From the NCBI RefSeq assembly GCF_022045235.1, contig NW_027266297.1, positions 682,001-746,000 of the forward strand: a stretch of 64,000 bases of DNA, in the 5' to 3' direction. This stretch comes from Haliotis cracherodii (Eukaryota). The translations under genes and the position numbers were made by a program. Positions 22,501 to 34,108 of the stretch are shown in pieces; the stretch's first letter is position 1; the number at the start of each line of letters is the position of its first letter. The notes under the pieces are model-generated. The model saw only the letters and a program-made list of their open reading frames with translations, made no database searches and was not told the DNA's origin.

Positions 22501-25500
22501 GGTCTCTGCATGACGTCATCAGTGCTGTGTATGTCATGTGTATTGTTATCCATGTCAACAGTGGTCTCTACATGACGTCATCAGTGCTGTGTATGTGGTG
22601 TGTATTGTTATCCATGTCAACAGTAGCCTCTTCATGACGTCATCAGTGCTGTGTATGTGGTGTGTATTGTTATCCATGTCAACAGTGGCCTCTACATGAC
22701 GTCATCAGTGCTGTGTATGTGGTGTGTATTGTTATCCATGTCAACAGTGGCCTCTACATGACGTCATCAGTGCTGTGTATGTGGTGTGTATTGTTATCCA
22801 TGTCAACAGTGGCCTCTACATGACGTCATCAGTGCTGTGTATGTCGTGTGTATTGTTATCCATGTCAACACTAGCCCCTGCCTTGTCTATGCCAGCTGAC
22901 AGGAATACTGCTGTATGTGTTTCAGCTACACCTTGGAGTGCAACTACAACACCGGCAGAATGGTCAATTCTGTCCCCCCGGCCTTCCATGACCAGGGCCG
23001 CGCCACACCCCCTCCAATCGCCGGGTTCCCCCCCAAGTACACTCAGGCTCATTACGAAGAGGTATGTGACATCCTTATGGACTTTGTGTATAGGAAAGAT
23101 CTGGTTGGCAGTGGAGTCTGTAGTTAGACCAAGGTTTGATACCTCACCGGTGAGGCAGTGGACACTTTAGTTAGACCAAGGTTTGATACCTCACTGGGGA
23201 GGCAGTGGAGCGTGGTAGTTAGACCAAGGTTTGATACCTCACTGGGGAGGCAGTGGAGCGTGGTAGTTTGACCAAGGTTTGATACCTCACTTGGGAGGTG
23301 GTGGAGCGTGGTAGTTAGACTAAGGTTTGATACCTCACTGGTGAGGCAGTGGAGCCTGTAGTTAGACCAAGGTTTGATACCTCACTTGGGAGGTGGTGGA
23401 GCCTGTAGTTTGACCAAGGTTTGATACCTCACTTGGGAGGTGGTGGAGCGTGATAGTTAGAACAAGGTTTGATACCTCACTTGGGAGGTGGTGGAGCTTT
23501 TTAGTTAGACCAAGCTTTGATACCTCACTTGTGAGGTGTTGGAGCCTGTAGTTAGACCAAGGTTTGATACCTCACTGGTGAGGTGGTGGAGTGTGGTATT
23601 TATGTCACTCCTTAATATGAAGGAACTAGTGATGTTGATAGATCCCTCTTGATGTTCAGTAGTACATCGTTGGCCTTGTGTTGCAGGTGGGGAGGGCTGT
23701 GGCTACAGCAGCGTTAGACATGATGGAGACCAACCCCTGGACCAGGCTCACCCTGTCAGAACATACCAGCCTGCATGGTGTGCGCGATGCCGTCCGCCGG
23801 TACCTGCGTGGTCTGCGAGGCGGGCCGCGGGTTCCACGCAACCCTGTCATCAGGAGCTACGGCAGGAACAGGTACTGCAGCAGTGTCTGCTACAACATCC
23901 ACCACGGTGTCACTGGCGTCATTGTCGACTTTCTAGAGAAATAGTTTGTAAGAATCATGGTGACTGCATGTATCTGAATCATTGTGGTATTGTACTGAAT
24001 ATATAGATTGAAAATATTTTTCTAGAAAAGATCATCCTAATTGGGAGTGTGTTGTCAGTACAGGCTCTCAGATGATGAAGCTGGAGTTTACAGTATTGGG
24101 ACATGAATGATAACAGCATCAGGGCTGTACGTGTCTAGTTGTGGGTGGCAGGAAATGAATCTTAACATGAGACAACTGTTTAGGGATTAGACTTCTTGAG
24201 TGGGGATTAGCTGTGTAACAACTGAGATCAATGCAATTTGTTTGTTGATTTAGAAATGGGAATCATCTCAATATGATTAACAACATTGCCAATTCTTTGT
24301 CAAATTTAATAATGGCATTAACCATAGTGGCATTATAACCAGGAATTGGAATGGTTGGTTTGAAAAACATTGGCATTGGCATTATAACCAGGGCATTTTG
24401 CACTTTGGTAAATCTGTTCTGAGAAAAACATGGCATTATAATCTTGGGGCATAGTATAACCAGGGAGGACTGTACATGCACTATTAAACAAGTCCCAAAG
24501 ACTTCCCATTTAACAGTCTTTTTCAACCTACCAGAGCAAAAATACTCAAATATATTTGACATTCTGTAATAGGGGACTTGCATGTTGTGTGTGGCCTGTT
24601 GAGCCGGACACCCTGTTGTTGTTATGTTGGTCATCTTGTCTGTCTGTGGAAGTTGTCATTTTCTCATTGCATTTATGATACATTGCCTTTTCACAGTTTG
24701 ACTGGCAGCAATTTGAACAACAATCGTCAGAATCGCGGGAACCTGAGTGAGTCCAACATCCATCAGAACAACCGCGGTGCATTCTCTCGCTCCACTGTCA
24801 GTGACACCAACACAGCCAGCACCTCCCGCACAGTGCGCGGCGGCGGCGGCGGCGGGTACACCAGACAGCCCACTCTGGGGCCGGGCAACAAGCGGGAGTT
24901 GGCGCCAGTCAGAGAAGGTAGGCCCAGTGATAACTATTGTTTTATTTTTGGCAACTTGTTTGTTTCCTTGCGAGTTATTTCAACATGAGATGACTTTGCT
25001 TCCGTCCTGACATCATGCAATATCCCTAGCGGCATCTCTCAGGGTTTCCGTTTCTATGTCTGTTGTTTCAGCTACCCGCGGCGCGCTCGGTAACCAGACC
25101 CGGCGCCGAGTCACTCTGCCGTCCTGTAGCTCACCTGCCAAGCCAACGTCTGCTTCCTCGGTCCCAGCATCCACCAAGATGGCCTTGAGAATAGGGTCAG
25201 GATCAGGGTCAGGGTCAGAGGAGAGGCGGCAGCAGTCCGCAGACTGTTCGCTGAGGATGAGGGAGGAGGACAAGTACCAGGAGCTGAAGAACAGTGGCCT
25301 GGTGAGATAGAGAGGCAGCCATCCTACAACTGTATCTGTGTCTGCTGAATGGCCCTTGAGGCCTTGTTTGATATTAAGGGAGCGATGAGTTTTATGGTCA
25401 TATACCAATCAGTGGTATGAGGTATTTTGCATGTGTGATATTGCCAACATGGAGACTGTCATATCATAGGGGGTGTAATAACCAAACCCTTATTAAACCC

Positions 25501-26989
25501 CCTGCCGGGCTGATATGGCTTGTCAATGCATTTTGATGGGCGATCGAAATCAGCCCAGGTGCTAAGGAATTCCAAACAAGGTGAACATGTTAGAGATGTT
25601 TTACGAATGGATACATTTTACAATTTGATGTTATGGTATGTGATAACAAGGTTGTTATATGGCATTTATGTAGCAGGGTGTCGAGTCATCCTACAGATGA
25701 CATCCTTACCTTGTCAGCATGCTGGCGGGGTTAACCTCTTCGGTCATGTGGACAAGGCGTCCGACCTCGGATCAGAAGGTCCGTGGTTCGAATCCCATCA
25801 CGGGACTCGGAAATTTTATGGCCGCTACAGTTACATATCATATCCCATGTCAACCCTCAGGCTGATATGGCGGTCTAGGGCTGATATGGCGGTCTAGGGC
25901 TGATATGGCAGTCTAGGGCTGATATGGCGGTCTAGGGCTGATATGGGGTATGACAGCCATATAATAACCTCTAAACATCAACTAGGTCTGTAACATGAAC
26001 GTTACGTTACGTTACGTTACGTTACGTTACGTATATCTATATGCACTGGCGCTTGGTTGAATGTTGGTGTGTGGTGAGCAGGACATTGTGTTTTCAGTTG
26101 GCTCTAGCCAAGAAGGGGGCCTCTCCCAGTCGGATCCCGCTCCCCACCAACCGCTCCCAGCTGAACCTCCTGACCCCCCAGAGCATGGATGTCCACTCCA
26201 AGTTCCTGGCCCAGGGGAACCTGCGCGCCACCAAGCCGGGGACCAAGTCAGGGCCGCACAAACCAGGGGAGATAACTCACCCAGCTGAGGTTGACGGCAG
26301 CATGCAACCAGGAGGCAGGAGTAATGATGGTCACAAGGGACCCGAGGACGCATCTCACCCGTGGGACAGCATCCCTATCACTCTCACTAAGGATGCAGTT
26401 CCCATAATACAGAGTACTGTCACAGTCCGAGACGGAACAGATGCTCATGGGTGAGTCCAGACATCAGAATGTCATACAGGTCATAGGTGATGGCAGAATG
26501 GTGCCCCTTATCTATGCCAGGATCTGCTGGTCAAACATGGGTGGGTTGGGAGTGTGTGGGGGTGTGCTTAGGACAAAACAGAGTCTCATGGTGAAGCAAG
26601 TGATTCAAATGTTCTCACAAGTCTTCGTATTCTTGAGCAAATAACATCATGTGTTTTCTGTTTCATGAGATAAAAAATCAGCAAAACTTTAACTGATCTT
26701 TGTCATATGAAAATGTTGAAAGTTGAAATGAGGAAAGTGTATGATCCCACTAAGCTACCGAATTGTCTTGAAAACTATACCACTATTTGCAGTGAGGTGC
26801 CTCGACGGAGGAGGTCGACTTTCGGACGCCGGAAGAGCTTGACTCGAAGCCCAAAGAACGGTGTGACCAAAGGTATGGGTAGCAAACAGGGGAGTGCGGA
26901 CAGTGACTTTGAACGGCGGCGGAGACGGCGTAGGAGACAGCGCAAACGGACGACAGAAGCGAGCCCAGCGTCAGATGACGGGGGACAAG
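10416..26989 (+). CDS. AGBL5: Cytosolic carboxypeptidase-like protein 5 (CCP5, M14 zinc tubulin deglutamylase); join of 13 confident coding exons, C-terminus continues downstream
   Basis: Exons 10416-10515, 11822-11921, 12324-12495, 14413-14579, 14881-15061, 17781-18902, 21925-22094, 22926-23061, 23687-23871, 24697-24917, 25072-25301, 26098-26450 and 26793-26989 are all GT-AG and phase-consistent. Motifs: [83 protein letters not shown]. Confidence 0.95.
11628..11820. repeat. 28/35-bp tandem repeat ending at the exon 2 acceptor
   Basis: GGTTGTAGCTGTGTGT(GTGTTGT)ATGAAGTCTACT units; the last one runs into GTGTTGCAG|. Confidence 0.9.
11822..11921 (+). CDS. AGBL5: AGBL5 coding exon 2 ([22 protein letters not shown])
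   Basis: TTGCAG| and AG|GTAGGA boundaries; conserved motif. Confidence 0.95.
12086..12210. mobile_element. Small palindromic MITE
   Basis: AGTTTCTCAAAGCAATCTCAGCACTA versus TAGTGCTAAGATTGCTTTGTGGAACT as inverted termini. Confidence 0.55.
12324..12495 (+). CDS. AGBL5: AGBL5 coding exon 3 ([24 protein letters not shown]...RDRPSYE)
   Basis: TTGCAG| and GAG|GTAAAT boundaries. Confidence 0.95.
12724..14136. repeat. 19-bp G-rich minisatellite, ~74 copies
   Basis: Unit GTGGGTGACAGCAGGGCAC with GTGTGTAAC variants. Confidence 0.97.
14413..14579 (+). CDS. AGBL5: AGBL5 coding exon 4 ([14 protein letters not shown]...FAFSYPWSY...)
   Basis: CTCCAG| and AG|GTAGGT boundaries. Confidence 0.95.
14881..15061 (+). 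CDS. AGBL5: AGBL5 coding exon 5 ([26 protein letters not shown]...FKGKR)
   Basis: TTGTAG| and CGG|GTGAGA boundaries. Confidence 0.95.
15082..16412. repeat. Degenerate 36-bp minisatellite
   Basis: Unit CAGTTGTATTCAGTGTAATGATTGGGTATGATGTCA; starts ~20 nt after the exon 5 donor. Confidence 0.95.
16421..17794 (+). repeat. 33-bp minisatellite made of 41 duplicated copies of the exon 6 splice-acceptor junction
   Basis: Unit GTGTATTTACTGAG-GAGTTATTTGTTGTTCCAG; 17781-16428 = 1353 = 41 x 33; the first 14 nt equal the start of exon 6. Confidence 0.97.
17781..18902 (+). CDS. AGBL5: AGBL5 coding exon 6 (catalytic core: [12 protein letters not shown]...NPDG...NLNR...[13 protein letters not shown])
   Basis: TTCCAG|GTGTAT and CAG|GTGAGC boundaries; 1122 nt, phase 0-0; zinc ligands HxxE and H present. 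Confidence 0.95.
19575..21909. repeat. 20-bp minisatellite, >110 copies, ending ~15 nt before the exon 7 acceptor
   Basis: Unit TCTGACTGTAACCATGTGTA. Confidence 0.97.
21925..22094 (+). CDS. AGBL5: AGBL5 coding exon 7 ([19 protein letters not shown]...[17 protein letters not shown])
   Basis: CGCCAG| and AG|GTGAGT boundaries. Confidence 0.95.
22263..22870. repeat. 62-bp minisatellite (~10 copies), each unit carrying a TGACGTCA palindrome
   Basis: Unit GACGTCATCAGTGCTGTGTATGTCGTGTGTATTGTTATCCATGTCAACAGTGGCCTCTACAT, period 62. Confidence 0.95.
22926..23061 (+). CDS. AGBL5: AGBL5 coding exon 8 ([11 protein letters not shown], catalytic Glu)
   Basis: TTTCAG| and GAG|GTATGT boundaries. Confidence 0.95.
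23108..23598. repeat. 48-bp minisatellite, ~10 copies
   Basis: Core TAGTTAGACCAAGGTTTGATACCTCAC. Confidence 0.93.
23687..23871 (+). CDS. AGBL5: AGBL5 coding exon 9 ([21 protein letters not shown]...)
   Basis: TTGCAG| and AG|GTACTG boundaries; end of the carboxypeptidase domain. Confidence 0.92.
24697..24917 (+). CDS. AGBL5: AGBL5 coding exon 10 (low-complexity tail)
   Basis: TTTTCACAG| and G|GTAGGC boundaries; phases 2 to 1 fit the neighbours; GC-rich open frame. Confidence 0.8.
25072..25301 (+). CDS. AGBL5: AGBL5 coding exon 11
   Basis: GTTTCAG| and CTG|GTGAGA boundaries; phases 1 to 0. Confidence 0.8.
25655..25963. mobile_element. Putative non-autonomous DNA element with tRNA-like core and GGGCTGATATGG subterminal repeats
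   Basis: Termini TTATATGGC...GCCATATAA; GGTTCGAATCCC at ~25786; repeated GCTGATATGGCGGTCTAGG at 25861-25945. Confidence 0.45.
26098..26450 (+). CDS. AGBL5: AGBL5 coding exon 12 (contains PSRIPLP)
   Basis: TTTTCAG| and GG|GTGAGT boundaries; phases 0 to 2. Confidence 0.8.
26793..26989 (+). CDS. AGBL5: AGBL5 coding exon 13 (Arg-rich)
   Basis: TTTGCAG| and G|GTAATG boundaries; phases 2 to 1. Confidence 0.78.
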
Positions 26990-27025
26990 GTAATGGTTGA
27001 CAGAGATGACAGTGATAGACCCATG

Positions 27026-27716
27026 TGCAGGGTGCAGTCAGGATAGGCAGGGTGTAGTCAGGATAGGCAGGGTGCAGTCAGGATAGGCAGGATGTAGTCG
27101 GGATAGGCAGGGTGTAGTCGGGATAGGCAGGATGTAGTCGGGATAGGCAGGGTGCAGTCAGGATAGGCAGGGTGTAGTCAGGATAGGCAGGATGTAGTCG
27201 GGATAGGCAGGGTGTAGTCGGGATAGGCAGGATGTAGACGGGATAGGCAGGGTGTAGTCGGGATAGGCAGGATGTAGACGGGATAGGCAGGGTGTAGTCG
27301 GGATAGGCAGGATGTAGTTGGGATAGGCAGGGTGTAGTCGGGATGTGCAGGGTGCAGTCGGGATAGGCAGGGTGTAGTCGGGATAGGCAGGATGAAGACG
27401 GGATAGGCAGGGTGTAGTCGGGATAGGCAGGATGTAGACGGGATAGGCAGGGTGTAGTCGGGATAGGCAGGATGTAGTTGGGATAGGCAGGGTGTAGTCG
27501 GGATGTGCAGGGTGCAGTCGGGATAGGCAGGGTGTAGTCGGGATAGGCAGGATGTAGACGGGATAGGCAGGGTGTAGTCGGGATAGGCAGGGTGCAGTCA
27601 GGATAGGCAGGGTGCAGTCAGGATAGGCAGGATGTAGTTGGGATAGGCAGGGTGTAGTCGGGATAGGCAGGATGTAGTTGGGATAGGCAGGGTGTAGTCG
27701 GGATAGGCAGGGTATA
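27026..27716. repeat. 20-bp minisatellite, ~34 copies
   Basis: Unit GGATAGGCAGGGTGTAGTCG. Confidence 0.96.
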
Positions 27717-27847
27717 GCTACTCACTTGTTTCAGCAGTCTACAGCACTCATCTCTGTCTCCGGAGGCTCATGAACAGATGTCACATTGGCTGTTGAGTGT
27801 CAGTTCAGTGTCAGGCTTTTGACCACTGGTTTGTCTGGTCCCGGCTC

Positions 27848-28161
27848 TGTTAGAGTTAGTGTACTGTTAGTGTCAGTGTACTGTTAGTGTACTGTTAGTG
27901 TACTGTTAGAGTACTGTTAGTGTACTGTTAGTGTACGAGTACTGTTAGTGTTAATGTAATGTTAGTATTAGTGTACTGTTAGTGTACTGTAAGTGTTAGT
28001 GTACTGTTAGTATTAGTGTACTGTTAGTGTACTGTAAGTGTTAGTATTAATGTACTGTTAGTGTTAGTGTACTGTTAGTGTTAGTCTACTGTTAGTGTTA
28101 GTGTACTGTTAGTGTTAGTCTACTGTTAGTGTTAGTGTACTGTTAGTGTTAGTGTACTGTT
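27848..28161. repeat. Compound GTTAGT/GTACT simple repeat
   Basis: Interleaved GTGTACTGTTA and GTGTTA units. Confidence 0.9.
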
Positions 28162-28876
28162 GATATTGCGGACTTTGAAGGGTGTGCTACTGAGGTCAAC
28201 TCAGGGAGTGGTGTTTGTTATTGTGAGGGAACTGATCTAGTGAGTGCTTGTTGATTACAAACCGTTCTGCCGTCCCCTGCACATTTGGTCATCTGCCGTC
28301 TCACCGGCAAACTGCAAACTTAGACAGTGATGGTGTCGTCATTCCAGACTAACTGTGTAGATGTTTTTCCATCACATTGAGACATTTTAGTTGGCTTGCT
28401 ATTATTTATTCCCAACTTTAGATTTGCATGTTGCATGATTAGATACAGAGGAACAGAGTGGTGTCCGTGCTAGTCTTCATGTTTGTCTTGTTGGTATTGC
28501 TGTGACGTAGATGCCCTTATTTGATTTTTTTTCTGCCACTCCTGTGTTTACCTCCCTCATCTTCCTGTGAGATCAAAGTAAGAGAACACTGGAACATGTT
28601 GGTTTTAAGACAACAGAGAAATATTAGATTCATGATTTTAAATATAGATCTGAGGAAAGTTACTAGAAATGTATGTAATTTCTAATCCTTCCTCTTCTAG
28701 TGTATAGCCAGTCTGACTTTACTCTGAGCTTCCATCACGGCTTGCTTGATTTGTGTCACTCTCTCCAGGATTTCCCCTGTGATTACCACAATACAGCGCT
28801 TGTCTCCCTTTGATACCTGTCTCTCTGTGATAGTACAAATGTGTGTACTCACACTTGATACATAACTCCCTGCATT

Positions 28877-30090
28877 CACACTGGTCAACACTAACACTAC
28901 CTCACACTGGTTAACACTAACACTATCTCACACTGGTAAACACTACACTACCTCACACTGGTCAACACTTCACTACCTCACACTGGTCAACACTAACACT
29001 ACCTCACACTTGTCAACGCTAACACTACCTCACACTGGTCAACACTAACACTACCTCACACTAGTCAACACTAACACTACCTCACACTGGTCAACACTAA
29101 CACTACCTCACACTGGTCAACACTAACAGTACCTCACACTGGTCAACACTTACACTACCTCACACTGGTCAACACTAACACTACCTCACACTGGTCAACA
29201 CTAACACTACCTCACACTGGTCAACACTAACACTACCTCACACTGGTCAACACTAACACTACCTCACACTGGTCAACACTACACTACCTCACACTGGTCA
29301 ACACTAACACTACCTCACACTGGTCAACACTAACACTACCTCGCACTGGTCAACACTAACAGTACCTCACACTGGTCAACACTAACACTACCTCACACTG
29401 GTCAACACTAACACTACCTCGCACTGGTCAACACTAACAGTACCTCACACTGGTCAACACTAACACTACCTCACACTGGTTAAAACTAACACTACCTCAC
29501 ACTGGTCAACACTAACACTACCTCGCACTGGTTAAAACTAACACTACCTCACACTGGTTAAAACTAACACTACCTCACACTGGTTAAAACTAACACTACC
29601 TCACACTGGTTAAAACTAACACTACCTCACACTGGTTAAAACTAACACTACCTCACACTGGTCAACACTAACACTACCTCGCACTGGTTAAAACTAACAC
29701 TACCTCACACTGGTTAAAACTAACACTACCTCACACTGGTTAAAACTAACACTACCTCACACTGGTCAACACTAACACTACCTCACACTGGTCAACACTA
29801 ACACTACCTCACACTGGTCAACACTACACTACCTCACACTGGTCAACACTAACACTACCTCGCACTGGTCAACACTAACACTACCTCACACTGGTCAACA
29901 CTACACTACCTCACACTGGTCAACACTAACACTACCTCGCACTGGTCAACACTAACACTACCTCACACTGGTCAACACTACACTACCTCACACTGGTCAA
30001 CACTAACACTACCTCACACTGGTCAACACTAACACTACCTCACACTGGTCAACACTACACTACCTCGCACTGGTCAACACTACACTACAC
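28877..30090. repeat. 26-bp minisatellite, ~46 copies
   Basis: Unit CACACTGGTCAACACTAACACTACCT. Confidence 0.96.
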
Positions 30091-30259
30091 TATGTCCCAC
30101 ATACCCCATGTTTGTTGCTTCCCCACCTGGCCATGTCCAGCATCAGTCTACCTCTTACTTCCAAACACAGTGTAGTATGAGTACACTATGAACCATACGC
30201 ACTTCACACATGTCACATATTGACCACAGTTTCACCAATTACAACCACTGCATTCAAAA

Positions 30260-32378
30260 TTATCCACACTCACACAGTCTCCATCAATTTACACCCACAC
30301 AAAGTCTCCAACAATCCACACCCATACACAGTCTCCATCGATCCACACCCACACAGTCTCCATCTCTCCACACTCACACACAGTCTCCATCTCTCCACAC
30401 TCACACACAGTCACCATCTCTCCACACTCACACACAGTCACCATCTCTCCACACTCACACACAGTCACCATCTCTCCACACTTACACACAGTCTCCATCT
30501 CTCAACACTCACACACAGTCACCATCTCTCCACACTCACACACAGTCACCATCTCTCCACACTCACACAGTCTCCATCTCTCCACACTCACACACAGTCA
30601 CCATCTCTCCACACCCACACACAGTCTCCATCTCTCCACACTCACACACAGTCACCATCTCTCCACACTCACACACAGTCACCATCTCTCCACACCCACA
30701 CACAGTATCCATCTCTCCACACCCACACACAGTCTCCATCTCTCCACACTCACACACAGTCACCATCTCTCCACACTCACACACAGTCTCCATCTCTCCA
30801 CACTCACACACAGTCACCATCTCTCCACACTCACACACAGTCTCCATCTCTCCACACTCACACACAGTCACCATCTCTCCACACTCACACACAGTCACCA
30901 TCTCTCCACACTCACACACAGTCTCCATCTCTCCACACTCACACACAGTCTCCATCTCTCCACACTCACACACAGTCTCCATCTCTCCACACTCACACAC
31001 AGTCACCATCTCTCCACACTCACACACAGTCACCATCTCTCCACACTCACACACAGTCTCCATCTCTCCACACTCACACAGTCTCCATCTCTCCACAATC
31101 ACACACAGTCTCCATCTCTCAACACTCACACACAGTCACCATCTCTCCACACTCACACACAGTCTCCATCGATCCACACCCACACAGTCTCCATCTCTCC
31201 ACACTCACACACAGTCTCCATCTCTCCACACTCACACACAGTCACCATCTCTCCACACTCACACACAGTCTCCATCTCTCCACACTCACACACAGTCACC
31301 ATCTCTCCACACTCACACACAGTCTCCATCTCTCAACACTCACACACAGTCACCATCTCTCCACACTCACACACAGTCACCATCTCTCCACACTCACACA
31401 CAGTCTCCATCTCTCCACACTCACACACAGTCACCATCTCTCCACACTCACACACAGTCTCCATCTCTCCACACTCACACACAGTCACCATCTCTCCACA
31501 CTCACACACAGTCACCATCTCTCCACACTCACACACAGTCTCCATCTCTCCACACTCACACACAGTCTCCATCTCTCCACACTCACACACAGTCACCATC
31601 TCTCCACACTCACACACAGTCACCATCTCTCCACACTCACACACAGTCTCCATCTCTCCACACTCAAACAGTCTCCATCTCTCCACACTCACACACAGTC
31701 TCCATCTCTCAACACTCACACACAGTCACCATCTCTCCACACTCACACACAGTCTCCATCGATCCACACTCACACACAGTCTCCATCGATCCACACTCAC
31801 ACACAGTCTCCATCTCTCCACACTCACACACAGTCACCATCTCTCCACACTCACACACAGTCACCATCTCTCCACACTCACACACAGTCTCCATCTCTCC
31901 ACACTCACACACAGTCACCATCTCTCCACATTCACACACAGTCTCCATCTCTCCACATTCACACACAGTATCCATCTCTCCACACCCACACACAGTCACC
32001 ATCTTTCCACATTCACACACAGTCACCATCTCTCCACACTCACACACAGTCACCATCTCTCCACATTCACACACAGTATCCATCTCTCCACACCCACACA
32101 CAGTCTCCATCTCTCCACACTCACACACAGTCTCCATCTCTCCACACTCACACACAGTCACCATCTCTCCACACTCACACACAGTCACCATCTCTCCACA
32201 CCCACACACAGTATCCATCTCTCCACACCCACACACAGTCTCCATCTCTCCACACTCACACACAGTCTCCATCTCTCCACACTCACACACAGTCTCCATC
32301 TCTCCACACTCACACACAGTCTCCATTGATCTACACTCACACACAGTGTCCATCTATCCACACTCACACACAGTCTCC
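30260..32378. repeat. 27-bp minisatellite, ~78 copies
   Basis: Unit CACACTCACACACAGTCTCCATCTCTC. Confidence 0.96.
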
Positions 32379-32781
32379 CTTAGCCATAACAGGATTCAAT
32401 ATCTTAGTAACCCTGATTATTATCCTTGGTTTGTGAGCACCATACAGTCTAACTATGCTTGTGGGTTTCTCAAAAGTGGTAAATGTTTCTGACATTTATA
32501 ATTTTGGGTTATCATCCCTCATTAAGCTGACACGTGTGATATGATGGGAATATTGTTCAAAGCTGTGTTTCACCCACTCACACACTCACCTACTCACCTG
32601 CCTGTAGCCACACTAACTCTGTCAATGTGGCGACATCATCGTTGTTGAAAGCTAATCTCTGTCATCATTACTGTGAGCAGGTCCTATCTGACGTGGGCTT
32701 GCAGTGCTCATAATAAAACTGATCTAATATTAACAGGGTCTTTACTGAATAAACAATCAGGCTACACCCAGGTACTATGAA

Positions 32782-33730
32782 CTGAAGACACCAGGTGTTA
32801 CACAATGTCTATGTCAGTAAGTGAAGACACCAGGTGTTACACAATGTCTGTATTCATAAAGTGAAGACACCAGATGTAACACAATGTCTGTATGTTCTGA
32901 AGTGAAGGGGGCGGTCGGGTAGCCTAGTGGTTAAAGCGTTTGCTCATCACGCCGAAAACCCGGGTTCGATTCCCGACATGGGTACAATATGTGAAGCCCA
33001 TTTCAGGTGTCCCCTGCCGTGATTTTTCTGGAATATTGCTAAAAGCGGCGTAAAACCATACCCACTCACTCACTCTGAAGTAAAGACACAATGTCTGTAT
33101 GTTCTGAAGTGAAGACACCAGGTGTAACACAATGTCTGTATGTCATGAAGGGAAGACACCAGGTGTAACACAATGGCTGTATGTCATGAAGTGAAGACAC
33201 CAGGTGTAACACAATGTCTGTATGTCATGAAGAGAAGACACCAGGTGTAACACAATGTCTGTATGTTCTGAAGTGAAGACACCAGGTGTTACACAATGTA
33301 TGTATGTCATGAAGAGAAGACACCAGGTGTTACACAAGCTCTGTATGTTCTGAAGAGAAGACACCAGGTGTTACACAATGTCTGTATGTTCTGAAGAGAA
33401 GACACCAGGTGTAACACAATGTCTGTATGTCATGAAGGGAAGACACCAGGTGTAACACAATGGCTGTATGTCATGAAGTGAAGACACCAGGTGTAACACA
33501 ATGTCTGTATGTCATGAAGAGAAGACACCAGGTGTTACACAATGTCTGTATGTTCTGAAGAGAAGACACCAGGTGTAACACAATGTCTGTATGTTCTGAA
33601 GTGAAGACACCAGGTGTTACACAATGTATGTATGTCATGAAGAGAAGACACCAGGTGTTACACAATGTATGTATTCATAAAGTGAAGACACCAGATGTTG
33701 CACAATGGCTGTATGTCATGAAGACACCAG
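32782..33730. repeat. 41-bp minisatellite with an embedded SINE
   Basis: Unit GAAGACACCAGGTGTAACACAATGTCTGTATGTTCTGAAGT. Confidence 0.93.
32907..33075 (+). mobile_element. Short tRNA-derived SINE family B, full length
   Basis: A-box TAGCCTAGTGG, B-box GGTTCGATTCC, tail GGAATATTGCTAAAAGCGGCGTAAAA plus (CACT)n; flanked by CTGAAGT; homologous copies at 51108, 55915 and 59073. Confidence 0.85.
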
Positions 33731-34056
33731 GGTTTTATGGTATTATTGAGTAGGCAACACGGTATTGTTGTCCTCTATCAGAGGTGACCATGGCAACACA
33801 GTTGTCAAGGTGATGAATATAAGGAATTGAATACAGTGCCATTATTGGTCACTACGAGCAAATATTCTGTTATCTTATGACAAAACAAGTTGATGTTGTG
33901 CTTAGAGTTAGCATCAGTGTCATGTCAGTGTACCCATGAAGGTGATTGACATGCGGTCCACTACGTGGTGAGTCTGGCTGTACATGTGTCAAGTGTATTT
34001 CACCCTGTGTTGTCGACCCACAGAGCATCACAGTGTACCCTACAATTCCCATGTAG

Positions 34057-34108
34057 CAGCAGCAGCAGCCCGGGGCTTGGAGGGGGCCGCCCTGAAACTG
34101 TCACCCAG
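34057..34108 (+). CDS. AGBL5: Tentative AGBL5 exon 14 (AAAAARGLEGAALKLSP)
   Basis: GC-rich island between ATGTAG| and CAG|GTAACC; phases 1 to 2 link exon 13 with the 44344 exon. No homology support. Confidence 0.45.

Noticed and set aside
27735-27796. Alternative AGBL5 terminal exon (TTTCAG|CAGTC..., AVYSTHLCLRRLMNRCHIGC*)
   Set aside because: Phase fits, but it runs into repeat-derived sequence and has no other support; cannot be excluded without transcripts.
30210-32492. His/Ser/Thr-rich 738-760 aa ORFs and CECGEM ORFs resembling zinc fingers or metallothionein
   Set aside because: Artefacts of the 27-bp CA-rich minisatellite.
32907-32985. Possible tRNA gene (also 1771-1815, 2610-2670, 25730-25810)
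   Set aside because: A/B boxes continue into SINE or MITE bodies and I could not form a complete cloverleaf; treated as tRNA-derived repeats.
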